From Piromyces finnis finn (Eukaryota; Fungi; Neocallimastigomycota), in the NCBI GenBank assembly GCA_002104945.1, contig MCFH01000221.1:1-14525 (forward strand): DNA of 14,525 nucleotides, given 5' to 3'. The first letter of the stretch is position 1; each line of letters opens with the position of its first letter. Position numbers and translations under genes: made by a program. Positions 13,652 to 14,525 of this stretch are shown here, piece after piece. The notes under the pieces were generated by a model. The model saw nothing but the letters and a program-made list of their open reading frames with translations, was not told the origin of the DNA and ran no database searches.

Positions 13652-14032
13652 AAAAAAAAACTTAAAAATAATATTTCAGTTTAAAAAATAAATATTTATT
13701 TTAAACTTTTTATTATTATTTTCTTTTTTTTTATCTTTTTCTAGTATTATTATTATTATTTCTCTTTTTTTTTATTCTTATACATTTATTTATAATCAAT
13801 CATATTTAGTTATGATGATAAAACAAGCCTCTTAACAACAAAACCATAATACTATTTTATAATAATAATGTCAAAAAAAATTAATTAAAAATAAATATAT
13901 CAAATAACTTTAAAAATCTAGTATTGTTATTTTATTAATAATCATATGAAGAGAAATATTAATATTATTATTAGTAGCAGTATTGTTATTATTAACTATC
14001 ATCACTACCTTTATTAGTAATAATTAATACTA

Positions 14033-14050
14033 ATTATTATTATGATTATG

Positions 14051-14081
<31 letters not shown>

Positions 14082-14215
14082 TATTATGTTTATGTTTATT
14101 ATTATTATGTTTATTATGTTTATTATGTTTATTATTATTATTATGTTTATTATTATTATTATATTATTATTATTATTATTATATTATTATTATTATTATG
14201 TTTTATTATTATTAT

Positions 14216-14266
<51 letters not shown>

Positions 14267-14284
14267 TTATTATTATTATTATTA

Positions 14285-14335
<51 letters not shown>

Positions 14336-14420
14336 GTTATTATTATTATTATTATATTATTATTATTATTATGTTTTATTATTTATTATGTTTACTATGT
14401 TTATTATTATTATTATTATT
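14033..14420. repeat. Long degenerate (ATT)n microsatellite with recurring ATGTTT/ATGTT variant units
   Basis: About 390 bp of ATT units with interspersed G-containing and phase-shifted units. Confidence 0.92.
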
Positions 14421-14525
14421 AGTGGAAAGGATCAAAAAATCAAATTAAAATTAAACTTCAATTTTATATAAAAATAGTATTATTAAAAAATGAAGAACAG
14501 CATATGTAAATAATTTAGATTTATT

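Noticed and set aside
14042-14448. Track ORFs 14042-14422 and 14086-14448
   Set aside because: Translations of the ATT microsatellite.

Overview
Extremely AT-rich, intron-containing eukaryotic DNA. The style (long A/T runs, short AT-rich introns, Q/N-rich proteins) resembles anaerobic gut fungi (Neocallimastigomycota); this is an inference. Three genes can be rebuilt by hand: a four-repeat annexin (minus, 27-~2631) with many lesions, a five-exon TXNDC17/TRP14-type thioredoxin with a WCPDC motif (plus, 3444-4811), and an Azf1-like four-finger C2H2 transcription factor (minus, 5459-8534). About 6 kb of gene-free AT-rich sequence follows. All three genes have frequent +/-1 indels in homopolymers, so the assembly is probably unpolished. 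The most notable object is a 644-bp retroposed element (475-1118, minus). It has a tRNA-like A-box/B-box head, a pure 118-nt poly(A) tail and an exact 11-bp target-site duplication (GCCATAGGTAT). The duplication copies the AG|GT exon/intron junction of the annexin gene, so the insertion could be spliced out. A possible second, unrelated retroposon 3' end with a (TAAA)n tail lies at ~13426-13651.
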